DNA of 64,000 nucleotides from an uncultured Haloferula sp. Lineage in GTDB: Bacteria > Verrucomicrobiota > Verrucomicrobiia > Verrucomicrobiales > Akkermansiaceae. Positions 1 through 9,048 of the stretch are shown here, piece after piece; positions within the stretch are counted from its first letter, which is position 1; each line of letters begins with the position of its first letter. The stretch spans positions 32,001-96,000 of the forward strand of contig CBFGTS010000005.1 of assembly GCA_965652295.1 (NCBI GenBank), read 5' to 3'. The translations under genes and the position numbers were made by a program. Under the pieces are notes generated by a model. That model was given only the letters and a program-made list of their open reading frames with translations. It did no database searches and was not told the DNA's origin.

Positions 1-2540
1 TGATTGATCGGCATGTAAAAGATGCCCTGGTTCACCGAGACGGGCGCGACGGCGCTCGCTCCCGCGTTGATGGAGAGCGACTCCACTGCGGCGGAGACTT
101 CGGCGGAGGTCATGGGAACGCCGGGCTGCCAGCTCCCGTTGGTCCATTGAGCCTTCAGAAAACGCACCAGGCACTGGGTGGGTGCGATGCCGGTGTCGGC
201 GATGGAGGGAGACGCCGCCGCCGGACGGCCGCGGTTGGTACCGGAGACGGTGGCAACGGTGGCAGTCGTTCCCGGCGTCATGTGCGTGACGGCAGCGCTG
301 CTCTGGTGGACGCGGACTTGCCCGCTCTTGTTGTAGACCAGGTGGAGGGAACCGTTGGCGGCGGCGATCACGGCATCCGGCAGGTGGTCGCCATCGAGGT
401 CCATCACCACCACATCCTGCACCGCGGTGCCTCCGTGGAGCACGACCGGCACGCTTTGGGTCCACGTGGCGGTGCGTTGGTTGAGGTAGAGCTTCAGGCC
501 GCTGGCGGTGGCGCAGAGGATGTCGTTCCAGCCGTCGCCGTTCCAGTCGGCCGCGGCGAGGCGGTGGATCGTACTGTCTGCGGCGGCTCCCATGAGCGGC
601 CAGTTGTAGGAAGGATGGGTGACGCGGAAGGTGGATTCGTTGATCGCGAAGATCGTCTCCAAGCCGTTGGTTGCCGGTGTGACATCCGCCATGATCACCG
701 CGCTGGAGATCCCGCCGGCCGGGGTATTCGCCGCGTCATCGACGGACCAGCCGCCGGGGGTGGCGTGCCGATATTGCGTGAAGTAGCCGGCACCGGCGGC
801 GGGAATGATCATGGCGGTTTCGAGCCGGCCTCCGGGAGCGGATTGACCCGCGGCGATCGCGCTCATACCCGAGTAGCCCGTGTCGATGTTTTCCGGCAGC
901 CAGCCGCCGCCGTTGCCGTCATTCTTGTAAAATCGCAGCGTCGAGCCCGAGTGGGCGAGCAGATCGTCGTCGCCGTCGGCGTCGATGTCCGCCCGCTGGA
1001 TGCCGCGGATGCCGGTCATGCTGCCGAGCCCCGTGATGTTCCAGGAGAAGCCCGAGCCGTTGTTGCTGTAGGCGCGGCTGATCAGGTTGGTGGTGGTCCA
1101 GGCGAGATCGGTGTGGCCGTCGCGATTGAAGTCGCCCGCCGCGATGCTGATCGGGATCAGACCGGAGGTGCTCACCGGCCAAGCGGCATTCAAGCCGCTG
1201 CCGTTGCCGCCGTACCAGAGCAGGCGTTTGCCGCCGCCATCGGCCACCACGAGATCGTCGCGTTGGTCGCCATTCACGTCGGCCTTTTCCAGGCGCACGG
1301 TGCCACTGGGCAGCGTGCCGGTCATGGCGGTGACGGATGCGGCCGGGCCCCGGTGCGCGCCGGTGTTTTCCAGCACGTTCCAGCCCGCGTCGTAGACGAT
1401 GTCGGAATCGCCGTCGCGGTCGAAATCGCCGACGCCCAGGCAGCTCGGAACGGTCGGGGCATTTTCGTTGCGAAGGACGACAGGCGAGGCGAACGAGCCC
1501 GCGCCGATGCCGCGCATCCACTCAACCTTGTGTTCGCGGTCGGAGAAGACGATGTCGGTCCGGCCGTCCTCGTCGAGATCACCGGCGGCGAGAAGCGCCC
1601 ACGCTTGCATGCCGGGGGCGGGCAGGTTGACGGCTGCCGCGAAGCCGCTGCCGGTGTTGCGGAACCAATGCATGGTGCCGTGATCGTTGGCGTCCGCGAG
1701 CACGTCGGGCCACCCGTCGTTGTCGAGATCGGCGACAACCGTGCAGGCAAAGTCGCTGCCGGGCGAACGTGTCACCACCGTCGACGCGGAGAAGGTTCCG
1801 CCATCATTGGTCAGCAGCACGAAACGACCGGTGGTCCATAGTGGATATTTGGAGTGCATTCCCTTCAAGCCGACGAAGGCAGCGATGTCGGGCCAGCCGT
1901 CGCCATTGAAGTCGGCGACCTCCAGTCGCTGCACCGTGTCGAATGAAGAGTAGATCGTCGTCATCGAGGTGCTGAAGTCGCCGTTGCCCGGATTCCAGCG
2001 GACGCGGACGTGGGGGAAGTTCTCGATCAGGTCCAGGTCACCGTCACGGTCGAGGTCAGCCAGTTTGATGAACGGCGCTTGCTCTCCCAGGGCGGTGACG
2101 ATCGAAGTGTGTTTGAAATGCCACCCGCGGGTGAACTGGCCGGCACCGTTGTTGAGGCAGGCCATGATACGGTAGTTGGGTTCCGGGCTGTTGTTGTAGG
2201 CCACCAGCGCGGAGCGGACGATGTCGATGTCACCGTCGCCATCAATGTCGCCCACCGCGCCCCGGCCATTGACGAAGGTCACCGGCCAATCCGGCTGGTA
2301 GGGATCATAATCGAAGGTGGGCAGGGTGGTCGTCGTGCCGACGGCACCGACGGTGGGATGCATGACTCGGTTGCCGCCGCGATAGACTTCCAAGGCCGGA
2401 TCATTGTCCGCTTGGAAGAGGAGGACTTCACCCTGATTGGAGGTGTCCGAAATCGAGGTGGTACGATGGACGAAGGGCCAGGCATGCACCGGGGCGGCGG
2501 CAAGCAGGAGACATGTCGGGATGAGTTGTTTCGGTATCAT
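1..2540 (-). CDS. Secreted FG-GAP/VCBS repeat (integrin-like beta-propeller) protein, running off the left window edge
   Basis: Absent from the ORF track because there is no stop in the window. Manual translation from the ATG at 2540 gives a signal peptide (MIPKQLIPTCLLLAAAPVHAW) followed by many GDxDGDGDxD-type repeats. The frame is still in register at position 3. Confidence 0.9.
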   Translation of the reverse strand, partial: MIPKQLIPTCLLLAAAPVHAWPFVHRTTSISDTSNQGEVLLFQADNDPALEVYRGGNRVMHPTVGAVGTTTTLPTFDYDPYQPDWPVTFVNGRGAVGDIDGDGDIDIVRSALVAYNNSPEPNYRIMACLNNGAGQFTRGWHFKHTSIVTALGEQAPFIKLADLDRDGDLDLIENFPHVRVRWNPGNGDFSTSMTTIYSSFDTVQRLEVADFNGDGWPDIAAFVGLKGMHSKYPLWTTGRFVLLTNDGGTFSASTVVTRSPGSDFACTVVADLDNDGWPDVLADANDHGTMHWFRNTGSGFAAAVNLPAPGMQAWALLAAGDLDEDGRTDIVFSDREHKVEWMRGIGAGSFASPVVLRNENAPTVPSCLGVGDFDRDGDSDIVYDAGWNVLENTGAHRGPAASVTAMTGTLPSGTVRLEKADVNGDQRDDLVVADGGGKRLLWYGGNGSGLNAAWPVSTSGLIPISIAAGDFNRDGHTDLAWTTTNLISRAYSNNGSGFSWNITGLGSMTGIRGIQRADIDADGDDDLLAHSGSTLRFYKNDGNGGGWLPENIDTGYSGMSAIAAGQSAPGGRLETAMIIPAAGAGYFTQYRHATPGGWSVDDAANTPAGGISSAVIMADVTPATNGLETIFAINESTFRVTHPSYNWPLMGAAADSTIHRLAAADWNGDGWNDILCATASGLKLYLNQRTATWTQSVPVVLHGGTAVQDVVVMDLDGDHLPDAVIAAANGSLHLVYNKSGQVRVHQSSAAVTHMTPGTTATVATVSGTNRGRPAAASPSIADTGIAPTQCLVRFLKAQWTNGSWQPGVPMTSAEVSAAVESLSINAGASAVAPVSVNQGIFYMPIN

Positions 2541-2771
2541 GGGAGCAGTGGGTTGGTGGACGCTGTCCCAGCAGGGCTTCGTCCATTTGCACCATGATGC
2601 AGGTTCTCCGGAATCGGGGTATCGGACTTCGGACCGATCAGAACCTGCTCGGAAAGAGCCTTCGATCCGACTTTGGGAGGATGACCTTTTCGGGCCATCC
2701 CGCTCGGCGGCAGGATGGTTTCACGCCGCGAAGCCGCGTTCACCGCGCGCAGAAGAAATCCGGGACGGGAT

Positions 2772-3188
2772 CTAACGGACCACCCGCGCCGCGCCGCGCA
2801 GCATCGTCTCCGCAATGAGCTGATAGAGCGACGTCCACGCCTGCCGGGTCGGCGGGTCGAAGTCTTTTCCGAGCACGCGGGAAAGCATCGTCAGCAGCGC
2901 TTCGCCAACGGTCGCGTAGTGCTCGGATTTCACCCCGTAACCTACGTGGCGGGCACCCAGCTCCTCCAGCGTCTCGTTCAACTCGTCCGTTTTTTCCAGC
3001 AAGCTCAACGCACTGGCCAGCATGTCCATCAGCTTGGCCGCCTGCAGCTCGATGTCGGTTTTGAACAGCGGCCGCAGCTTCGGATCGATCTCGAACAGCC
3101 GCTGGTAAAAGACCAGCGCGGCGACGTGGGACTGGCGCTCCACAAGGGAGAAGGTCTTGCGCAAACGGTGCTTTTCTTCGGGGTCCAA
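2772..3188 (-). CDS. Single-domain globin (flavohemoglobin-type globin domain)
   Basis: FYQRLFE (TyrB10), PLF (PheCD1), Q at E7 and LGARHVGYGV (HisF8). TTG start. Confidence 0.9.
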   Translation of the reverse strand: MDPEEKHRLRKTFSLVERQSHVAALVFYQRLFEIDPKLRPLFKTDIELQAAKLMDMLASALSLLEKTDELNETLEELGARHVGYGVKSEHYATVGEALLTMLSRVLGKDFDPPTRQAWTSLYQLIAETMLRGAARVVR

Positions 3189-3226
3189 AACGCACGAAGC
3201 CTGGCACGAATCGCAGGAGGCGGCAC

Positions 3227-3242
3227 TCCGACTTTAGTCGGA
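3227..3242. promoter_or_regulatory. 7-2-7 inverted repeat TCCGACT-TT-AGTCGGA, putative NarL/LuxR-family operator
   Basis: Perfect inverted repeat between the divergent globin and response regulator genes. A related copy lies at 2666-2692. Confidence 0.6.
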
Positions 3243-3285
3243 TGACAATTTCGCGGAATCGTGCAAGATGCCTCCCTCGTTGTCC

Positions 3286-3945
3286 ATGAAACGGATTCTC
3301 GTCATCGAAGACCAGGCCCCCATGAGGCGGAACATCGCGCTGATGCTTGAGATGGAGGGCTATGAGGTGCTGACCGCGGAGAACGGCCGCTTCGGCGTGG
3401 AGGCCGCCCGCCAGCAACGCCCGGACCTGGTGATCTGCGACGTCATGATGCCCGAACTCGACGGCCACGGCGTGGTACAGACGCTGCGCGCGGAGAGCGA
3501 AACCTCGACGCTCCCGTTCATTTTCCTGACCGCGTGCAGCGACAAGAGCCACGTGAGGATCGGAATGAACTTCGGCACGGACGATTACCTGGTGAAGCCG
3601 GTCGTGCGGGAAGACCTGCTCGCGGCCATCGAGGCGCGGCTGGCCCGGGCGGAAGCCATCGAGGCCCGGATGCAATCGGCGGGCGCTGAGGGCGGCTTCT
3701 ACCTGGACTTCAGCTCGCACCTGCCGCTCGTGGCGCTCGGCCTGACCAATCGGGAAGCGGAGGTCCTCCTGTGGGTCGCTCAAGGCAAGAGCAACGGCGA
3801 CGTCGCCGACATCCTCAGCATGAGCGAAAAGACCGTGAAGCAACACATGGGAAACATTTTCACCAAGCTCGGGGTGGAAAACCGCAATGCCGCCGCGCTC
3901 CGGGCGGTCGAGGTTTTGAGCGCGCCGCGAAGCCTCGGCGCGTAG
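3286..3945 (+). CDS. Response regulator (REC plus LuxR/GerE HTH)
   Basis: ILVIED...DVMMP...KP receiver motifs, followed by LTNREAEVLLWVAQGKSNGDVADIL..SEKTVKQH HTH. Confidence 0.93.
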   Translation: MKRILVIEDQAPMRRNIALMLEMEGYEVLTAENGRFGVEAARQQRPDLVICDVMMPELDGHGVVQTLRAESETSTLPFIFLTACSDKSHVRIGMNFGTDDYLVKPVVREDLLAAIEARLARAEAIEARMQSAGAEGGFYLDFSSHLPLVALGLTNREAEVLLWVAQGKSNGDVADILSMSEKTVKQHMGNIFTKLGVENRNAAALRAVEVLSAPRSLGA

Positions 3946-4221
3946 TGCGTGCATCGTGCATCTGCGCGAGACGTGATCATCACGAGAGAAGTGCATTTTC
4001 GCCAGGCTGGTTAGGCCCCGGAAGAGCATCCCGGCCACTGAATATTCGTCATTGCAGGATCAACCACTCTGGCGACGTGATTCCTTCAACGGGCCGGGCC
4101 GGACGGCTGAGGCCCCGGAGTTTTGGGATGAGCATTTGAGCGCCTCCGCTTCGACCGCCCGCGTTTGCGTAATCCGGATTGTTCTTGATCGGGCAGCTCA
4201 TATGGAAAGAGTCACAGGACC

Positions 4222-4845
4222 ATGAAGCATACTTTCCGATCTCTCTCGCAGTCTGTGATGCCTTGTGCGGCGATGTTTCTGACGATGGCCACCCACGTCC
4301 ACTCGGCGGTGCTGGTGAGCAATCTGTCAGGAACGGACAATGCCAGTGCTTCGCCCCAGAGCACCTTCTGGCTCGCCCAAGCATTCACGACCGACGACTC
4401 AAGCTACACGCTCGAAAGCATCACCATCCAAGGGTCCAACAGCTCGGGGGGCTCGCAGGTGTTCATCTATAGTGACAACGCCTCGCTGCCATCCATTTCC
4501 CTCGGCTCGGTTTCCACGGCTTCATTCGGAACTTCCTCCGGAACCTATGTCCTGCCGGTCCAGGGATCGGTGACCTTGGATGCCTCCCAGACCTACTGGG
4601 TCGTCTTTGCTCCCAACGATGTGAATTTCGGTCTCTGGGCGCGGACCACGGCATCGGGGAATCTGGACGGGCCGGGCACCATTCCCGACCTCCAGGCGTT
4701 CAGCACCAACGGCGGCGCTTCGTTTACCAGCACCGACATCACCAATTATCTGAAGTTCGAGATCAATGCGGTTCCGGAGCCAGCGACGGCGATGGTGGCG
4801 TCCTTGGGGCTTCTCTTGGTTGGCCGCCGCAGGCGGAACTCATGA
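4222..4845 (+). CDS. PEP-CTERM exosortase-sorted surface protein
   Basis: Signal peptide, Ser/Thr-rich body and C-terminal VPEP-TM-RRRR. Confidence 0.88.
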   Translation: MKHTFRSLSQSVMPCAAMFLTMATHVHSAVLVSNLSGTDNASASPQSTFWLAQAFTTDDSSYTLESITIQGSNSSGGSQVFIYSDNASLPSISLGSVSTASFGTSSGTYVLPVQGSVTLDASQTYWVVFAPNDVNFGLWARTTASGNLDGPGTIPDLQAFSTNGGASFTSTDITNYLKFEINAVPEPATAMVASLGLLLVGRRRRNS

Positions 4846-5122
4846 GACCTCCTGCCCGGCCCTGTCCATTCGGGCCACCTACCGAGCCCTGATCACGGGC
4901 ACCATTCCTGCCCAAGGTTGTTCCCTCGTGAATAACCTTGGGCTCTGTTTTGGGAGAGGGTCCGTGAGTTCGCTGCGGGCTACGGTCAACATAGTAGATC
5001 CCTTACCGGAGGAGCCGGTGGCATGCTCACCGAGCTGGTTTACAAACCGATTTCAGTGATCGAAACTCGACAATGTGTGGTGATTCCTATGAAAGGTCCT
5101 GCGTCAATCGACTTTGAGATAG

Positions 5123-5911
5123 ATGAAGATCTTACCTGGTGTTTGCATGGGCCTGGCGTGGTCGATTTCCGCGAGGGCGGAGCCGACCGTTCTTGTCTCT
5201 GAAAGCTTCGACTACGGTGCCGGCTCGTTGGCGGGCAAGGCCGGAGGGACGGGGTGGTCGAGCGCCTGGGTGAACGACTATGCTTCGGGAAGCTCCCTCG
5301 GTGTCAACTCCACCGGCATGTCTTATGCAGGGCTCGCCACGACGGGAGGCAGCGCGGTTTGGGCTTCCGGAGGCAACGGCATCAGCCAGGGCTCCCGCAC
5401 GTTCTCGCTGGTGAACAGCGGCATCGTTTACATCCAGTTCCTCTGTCAGTTCGGATCCACCAGCGGGGGCGGAACGCCGAATCTCCGGCTTTTCCATTCA
5501 GGAACGTTGACCGGCGGGCTCGGTGGCAACGGCGGAACCTACGGGAGTAAGATTTCCATCCTCAATGAATCCTTGAACGCCGCGTCCGATGGTTCGTCCA
5601 GCTCCTCGGCCAATCTGTCGGACTTGAATCTCGTCGTGGCGCGCATTGATTACTCATCGGAGACGACGCACCTGTGGGTGAATCCCAACCTGGGCACCTT
5701 TGATTATGACAGCCCGACCCTGCCGGATGCGATGTACGCCGGGTTTGCGCCAGCCTTTGATCAGGTGGCGTTTTATACCCGAAGTCCGGGGCAAATCGAC
5801 GAATTCCAAATCCTATCCATGACAGTTCCGGAACCTGCAACGATGTCGCTGCTGGCATGGGGAGCAGGTTTCGTCTTCACGAGGCGGAGGCGGCACCGGG
5901 AGGTCAGCTGA
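5123..5911 (+). CDS. PEP-CTERM exosortase-sorted surface protein
   Basis: Signal peptide, ESFDY..G.L.G..GG.GW..AW motif and C-terminal VPEP-TM-RRRR. Confidence 0.88.
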   Translation: MKILPGVCMGLAWSISARAEPTVLVSESFDYGAGSLAGKAGGTGWSSAWVNDYASGSSLGVNSTGMSYAGLATTGGSAVWASGGNGISQGSRTFSLVNSGIVYIQFLCQFGSTSGGGTPNLRLFHSGTLTGGLGGNGGTYGSKISILNESLNAASDGSSSSSANLSDLNLVVARIDYSSETTHLWVNPNLGTFDYDSPTLPDAMYAGFAPAFDQVAFYTRSPGQIDEFQILSMTVPEPATMSLLAWGAGFVFTRRRRHREVS

Positions 5912-6062
5912 CCGCTCGGGAACCTGGTGGAAGAAGGCTTCATCGTTGGTAGTCGATCCAGCACCTGAAGTGCCGGAAGCCGCCGCAACGCCGTGCATCC
6001 GAGGACGGCCAGCTGGCGATGGGAACCCAGGCGTGGGAAAAATGAGCTTGCGCGTATCGAAG

Positions 6063-6080
6063 TTTCAGTAATTACTGAAA
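6063..6080. promoter_or_regulatory. Perfect 18-bp palindrome TTTCAGTAATTACTGAAA, putative repressor operator
   Basis: Exact self-complementary AT-rich site 19 bp upstream of the first gene of a four-gene operon. Confidence 0.7.
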
Positions 6081-6099
6081 GCAGCGAAAGCAAATTGTG

Positions 6100-6555
6100 A
6101 TGAACCTGCTGCCCACTACCGAGAACATCGAAGTTTTTTACGACGGCCGCTGCGGGATGTGCTGCAGCTTCCACGAATGGATCCATCGGCAGCCGCGGGC
6201 CTTTGGAGTCGCGTTCATCCCCTACCAGTCGCCGGAGGCGGAACAGGTGTTTCCGGGATTGGGAACCCTGGATCCGGCGCGGGAGATGGTGGTGAGGACC
6301 GATGCCCACCAGATCTTCCGAGGGGCCGAGGCCTGGGTATGGTGCCTCTACAGTTGCGCGAATCATCAGGACACCGCCCGCCGTCTGGCCGGGCCGCGGC
6401 TGCTACCGGTCGCGATTCATGCCTGCCGCGTCCTGGCGGCCAATCGTCACGCGCTCAGCAAGATTTTTTTCCGGAAGAAGGACGAGCAGGTCCGGACGGA
6501 GCTGCATCGGATGAGCCCCGACAGCTGTACCGACGGCGTCTGTCCGACCCTGTGA
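6100..6555 (+). CDS. DCC1/DUF393 thiol-disulfide oxidoreductase-like protein
   Basis: N-terminal FYDGRCGMC (DxxCxxC) motif and a C-terminal C-x4-C. Confidence 0.82.
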   Translation: MNLLPTTENIEVFYDGRCGMCCSFHEWIHRQPRAFGVAFIPYQSPEAEQVFPGLGTLDPAREMVVRTDAHQIFRGAEAWVWCLYSCANHQDTARRLAGPRLLPVAIHACRVLAANRHALSKIFFRKKDEQVRTELHRMSPDSCTDGVCPTL

Positions 6556-6568
6556 TTTTTCCCTACCG

Positions 6569-6979
6569 ATGATGATGAATGCTTTGAATCTCGAAACTTC
6601 GTTGCGGGCCGCCGGACTGATGATGATGGGTGTGGTCGCGGCGAACTTTGTCGCGGCGAAGCGATGGAGATATCGACAGAATCTTGCGGACTGCGAGGTG
6701 ATGGTCCGTCAGGTTTTCCATGTTCACTGCGCGTATATCATCGCGCTCGTGGCAGCGTTGGCGCTTCTCTGCCTTGGATGGCCCGGGCTGTTGCTCGCGA
6801 ACGGGATGGGGCGGGTGCTCAGCAGTTTCTTCGGCGTCTTCTGGGCGAGCCGGGTGGTGGTTCAACTGACCTACTACGATGCGGAGACCCGCCGCCGTGA
6901 TCGGGGCTGGGATCTCTTTTTCCTCGGCGTCTTCGCCACCCTGAGCGCGATTTTCACTCTCACCGCGATCTACGGATGA
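6569..6979 (+). CDS. Hypothetical integral membrane protein (about 4 TM)
   Basis: Hydrophobic helices and operon context. Resembles the next gene (W-x2-R-x3-Q motif). Confidence 0.75.
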   Translation: MMMNALNLETSLRAAGLMMMGVVAANFVAAKRWRYRQNLADCEVMVRQVFHVHCAYIIALVAALALLCLGWPGLLLANGMGRVLSSFFGVFWASRVVVQLTYYDAETRRRDRGWDLFFLGVFATLSAIFTLTAIYG

Positions 6980-7419
6980 AAGAGCTGCTTGAAATCGGGC
7001 TGACCATCGGGGGCGGGGCTTTGGTGGTGCTATGCATCGCCAGCTTTTGGATTCCCCAGGCATTGGGTTGGCAGGAAAAGCTGGCAGGACTGACTCCGCT
7101 GATGCGCGAGTTGTGGTGGACCTATTCGATCTATGTCTGGAGCAGCCATGTGTTCTTCGCCGTGCTGGCGCTGGGGTTTGGCGATTGGTTGATGAGCGGC
7201 AGCGGAGCAGCGACGGCGATGGGCACCTTCATGCTGCTGTGGTGGTCGGTGCGGTTGTGGTTGCAATTCTTTGGCTTTGATTTCGAAGAGGTCGAGGAAA
7301 CCCCTGCCAACCGGGCCGCCAAGCACTTGCTGACCTTGCTCTTCATCGGGCTGGTCGTCCTTTATGGGAGTCTGGTGGCTTGGAACGCCGGTTGGATCGG
7401 GGGAGGAGGCCACGGGTGA
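6976..7419 (+). CDS. Hypothetical integral membrane protein (about 4 TM)
   Basis: ATGA overlap with the upstream gene, hydrophobic helices and WWSVRLWLQ motif. Confidence 0.78.
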   Translation: MKELLEIGLTIGGGALVVLCIASFWIPQALGWQEKLAGLTPLMRELWWTYSIYVWSSHVFFAVLALGFGDWLMSGSGAATAMGTFMLLWWSVRLWLQFFGFDFEEVEETPANRAAKHLLTLLFIGLVVLYGSLVAWNAGWIGGGGHG

Positions 7420-8345
7420 TCTGGGCGATCCCATGGTTGGTGGCCGCAGGGATCGCCGGCGGCCCGGCTTTGGCGAAGATCCGTCGGACATGGCTGCGAC
7501 GGCTGCTGGGCTGGGGCGCGCTGTCTGCGTTCGTGGCCGGGGCACATCTCGCCTTGGTGGATGCGGACCCGATTCTCCGGATGATCGGAATCTGCTGCGT
7601 GTTGCTCGGCGCGATGAAGGGGCTCGTCTACGCGGAGTGGGCCGGGCCGGGCTCCCAAGCCCTCACCCCTGCGCGATATGGGACTTTCGCGCTGCTGTGG
7701 TTCGGCATGGATCCCGCGAGCTTCCGGAAGCGCCGCGAGGGGCTCGATGGGAAGCGCGACGTCCATTTGGGCTTGCTGCTGACGGGGGTCGGGACCCTTG
7801 GCGCATGGCTGGTCTGGCGGATGGAGTGGCGTCAGATCTTCCTGATGTTTCTGCCCATGAGCCTTGGTTTTCACTTCGGTGCCCTGCGGGTGTTGAAAGG
7901 TGGCCTCCGGGCCGCTGGCTTTCCGGTGCGGACGCTGTTTCCCAGCCCTCTCGAAGCCCGGGGCATCGGCGATTTCTGGAGCAAACGATGGAATGTCGGC
8001 TACTCGCAGATGATGCAGCGTCTGGTCGGCCGACCGGTGGCGGCGCGGGCAGGGGAGCCGGCCGGCGTGATGGCGGTCTTTGTCGGCTCGGGCGTGCTTC
8101 ATGAACTCGCCATCACTCTGCCGGTCCAATCGGGATTCGGACTGCCGACGCTCTACTTTACCGTGCATGGAATGCTGACGCTGATCGAGAAACGCCGCGG
8201 ACGGGTCTTCGGTCGGCTTCCCGCCTTGCTCGCGGTGATCCTGCCCATGGGGCTGCTCTTTCCGCCGGTCTTTCAAAGGGAGGTGATGGCCCGATGCCTC
8301 AACCTGTTCGAAATTGCCGCAGATTGGCTGCTCCCGCGGAGATGA
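7416..8345 (+). CDS. Membrane-bound O-acyltransferase (MBOAT, wax-synthase-like)
   Basis: GTGA overlap start, DFWSKRWN motif, catalytic-His motif SGVLHE and multiple TM segments. Confidence 0.8.
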   Translation: MIWAIPWLVAAGIAGGPALAKIRRTWLRRLLGWGALSAFVAGAHLALVDADPILRMIGICCVLLGAMKGLVYAEWAGPGSQALTPARYGTFALLWFGMDPASFRKRREGLDGKRDVHLGLLLTGVGTLGAWLVWRMEWRQIFLMFLPMSLGFHFGALRVLKGGLRAAGFPVRTLFPSPLEARGIGDFWSKRWNVGYSQMMQRLVGRPVAARAGEPAGVMAVFVGSGVLHELAITLPVQSGFGLPTLYFTVHGMLTLIEKRRGRVFGRLPALLAVILPMGLLFPPVFQREVMARCLNLFEIAADWLLPRR

Positions 8346-8440
8346 CGAAGGGCAGCCACTCGGTGTGTCGTGTCGTAAGCGGAATGAGCCGTGGGCTTCC
8401 TCGATAGAGCGGCCGGAATTTTCCGCTGGCCCAGCGCTGA

Positions 8441-8920
8441 TCAACGGCGGTGGAGCCCTTCAGGCATCCAATCTTTCGGCATGGGACGGATCGCAGGTTC
8501 ATTCTTCGCCTTGGGAGATTCTTCCTCCCCATTCGACGAAGTGCCTTCCCCGCTTGCCAAGGCCGATGAGGCCGGCGACAGGGCGTTGAATCTGGCATTC
8601 TCCGCTCCGGCCATGACTTCGCCAGCCCGGTCTCCATCGCGGAAGCGGTCGATTCCAGCAAACGTGGCCGCCGCCAACACGCCGAGTAACAGGAGGCTGC
8701 CAAAACAGATTCGCCACCCGCCCATCAACTTCGCGGTCCAACCGCCGACTCTTCGGTCGCCGATGAGCCATCGTAGCACGAAATAGCCGATGCCGCCGGT
8801 GAGGGGACCAATCACGAATGGATCACACGCCAATGCCTCTCCACTTCGAATGATCTTCACCCCACCCAGCAGCATCCATAGCGCCAGAACAAAAATCAGC
8901 AGCGGCACGACGAGGTGCAT
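8441..8920 (-). CDS. Hypothetical membrane protein
   Basis: Three hydrophobic segments and a charged tail. No recognised motif. Confidence 0.45.
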   Translation of the reverse strand: MHLVVPLLIFVLALWMLLGGVKIIRSGEALACDPFVIGPLTGGIGYFVLRWLIGDRRVGGWTAKLMGGWRICFGSLLLLGVLAAATFAGIDRFRDGDRAGEVMAGAENARFNALSPASSALASGEGTSSNGEEESPKAKNEPAIRPMPKDWMPEGLHRR

Positions 8921-9048
8921 GGGCCGAATCGTGAACGCCTGCCCTGCTTCGACAAGCTATTAGGGGTGGCCCGGCTGCTTTCCTCAACATCCAGACGAGT
9001 GCCTCGTCACCCGAATCCCACGCCGGCCGGAAGCTGCCGCAACGCCGG

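Noticed and set aside
147..1841. 564-aa plus-strand ORF
   Set aside because: Antisense shadow of the FG-GAP gene on the minus strand, with no motifs. Typical high-GC artefact.
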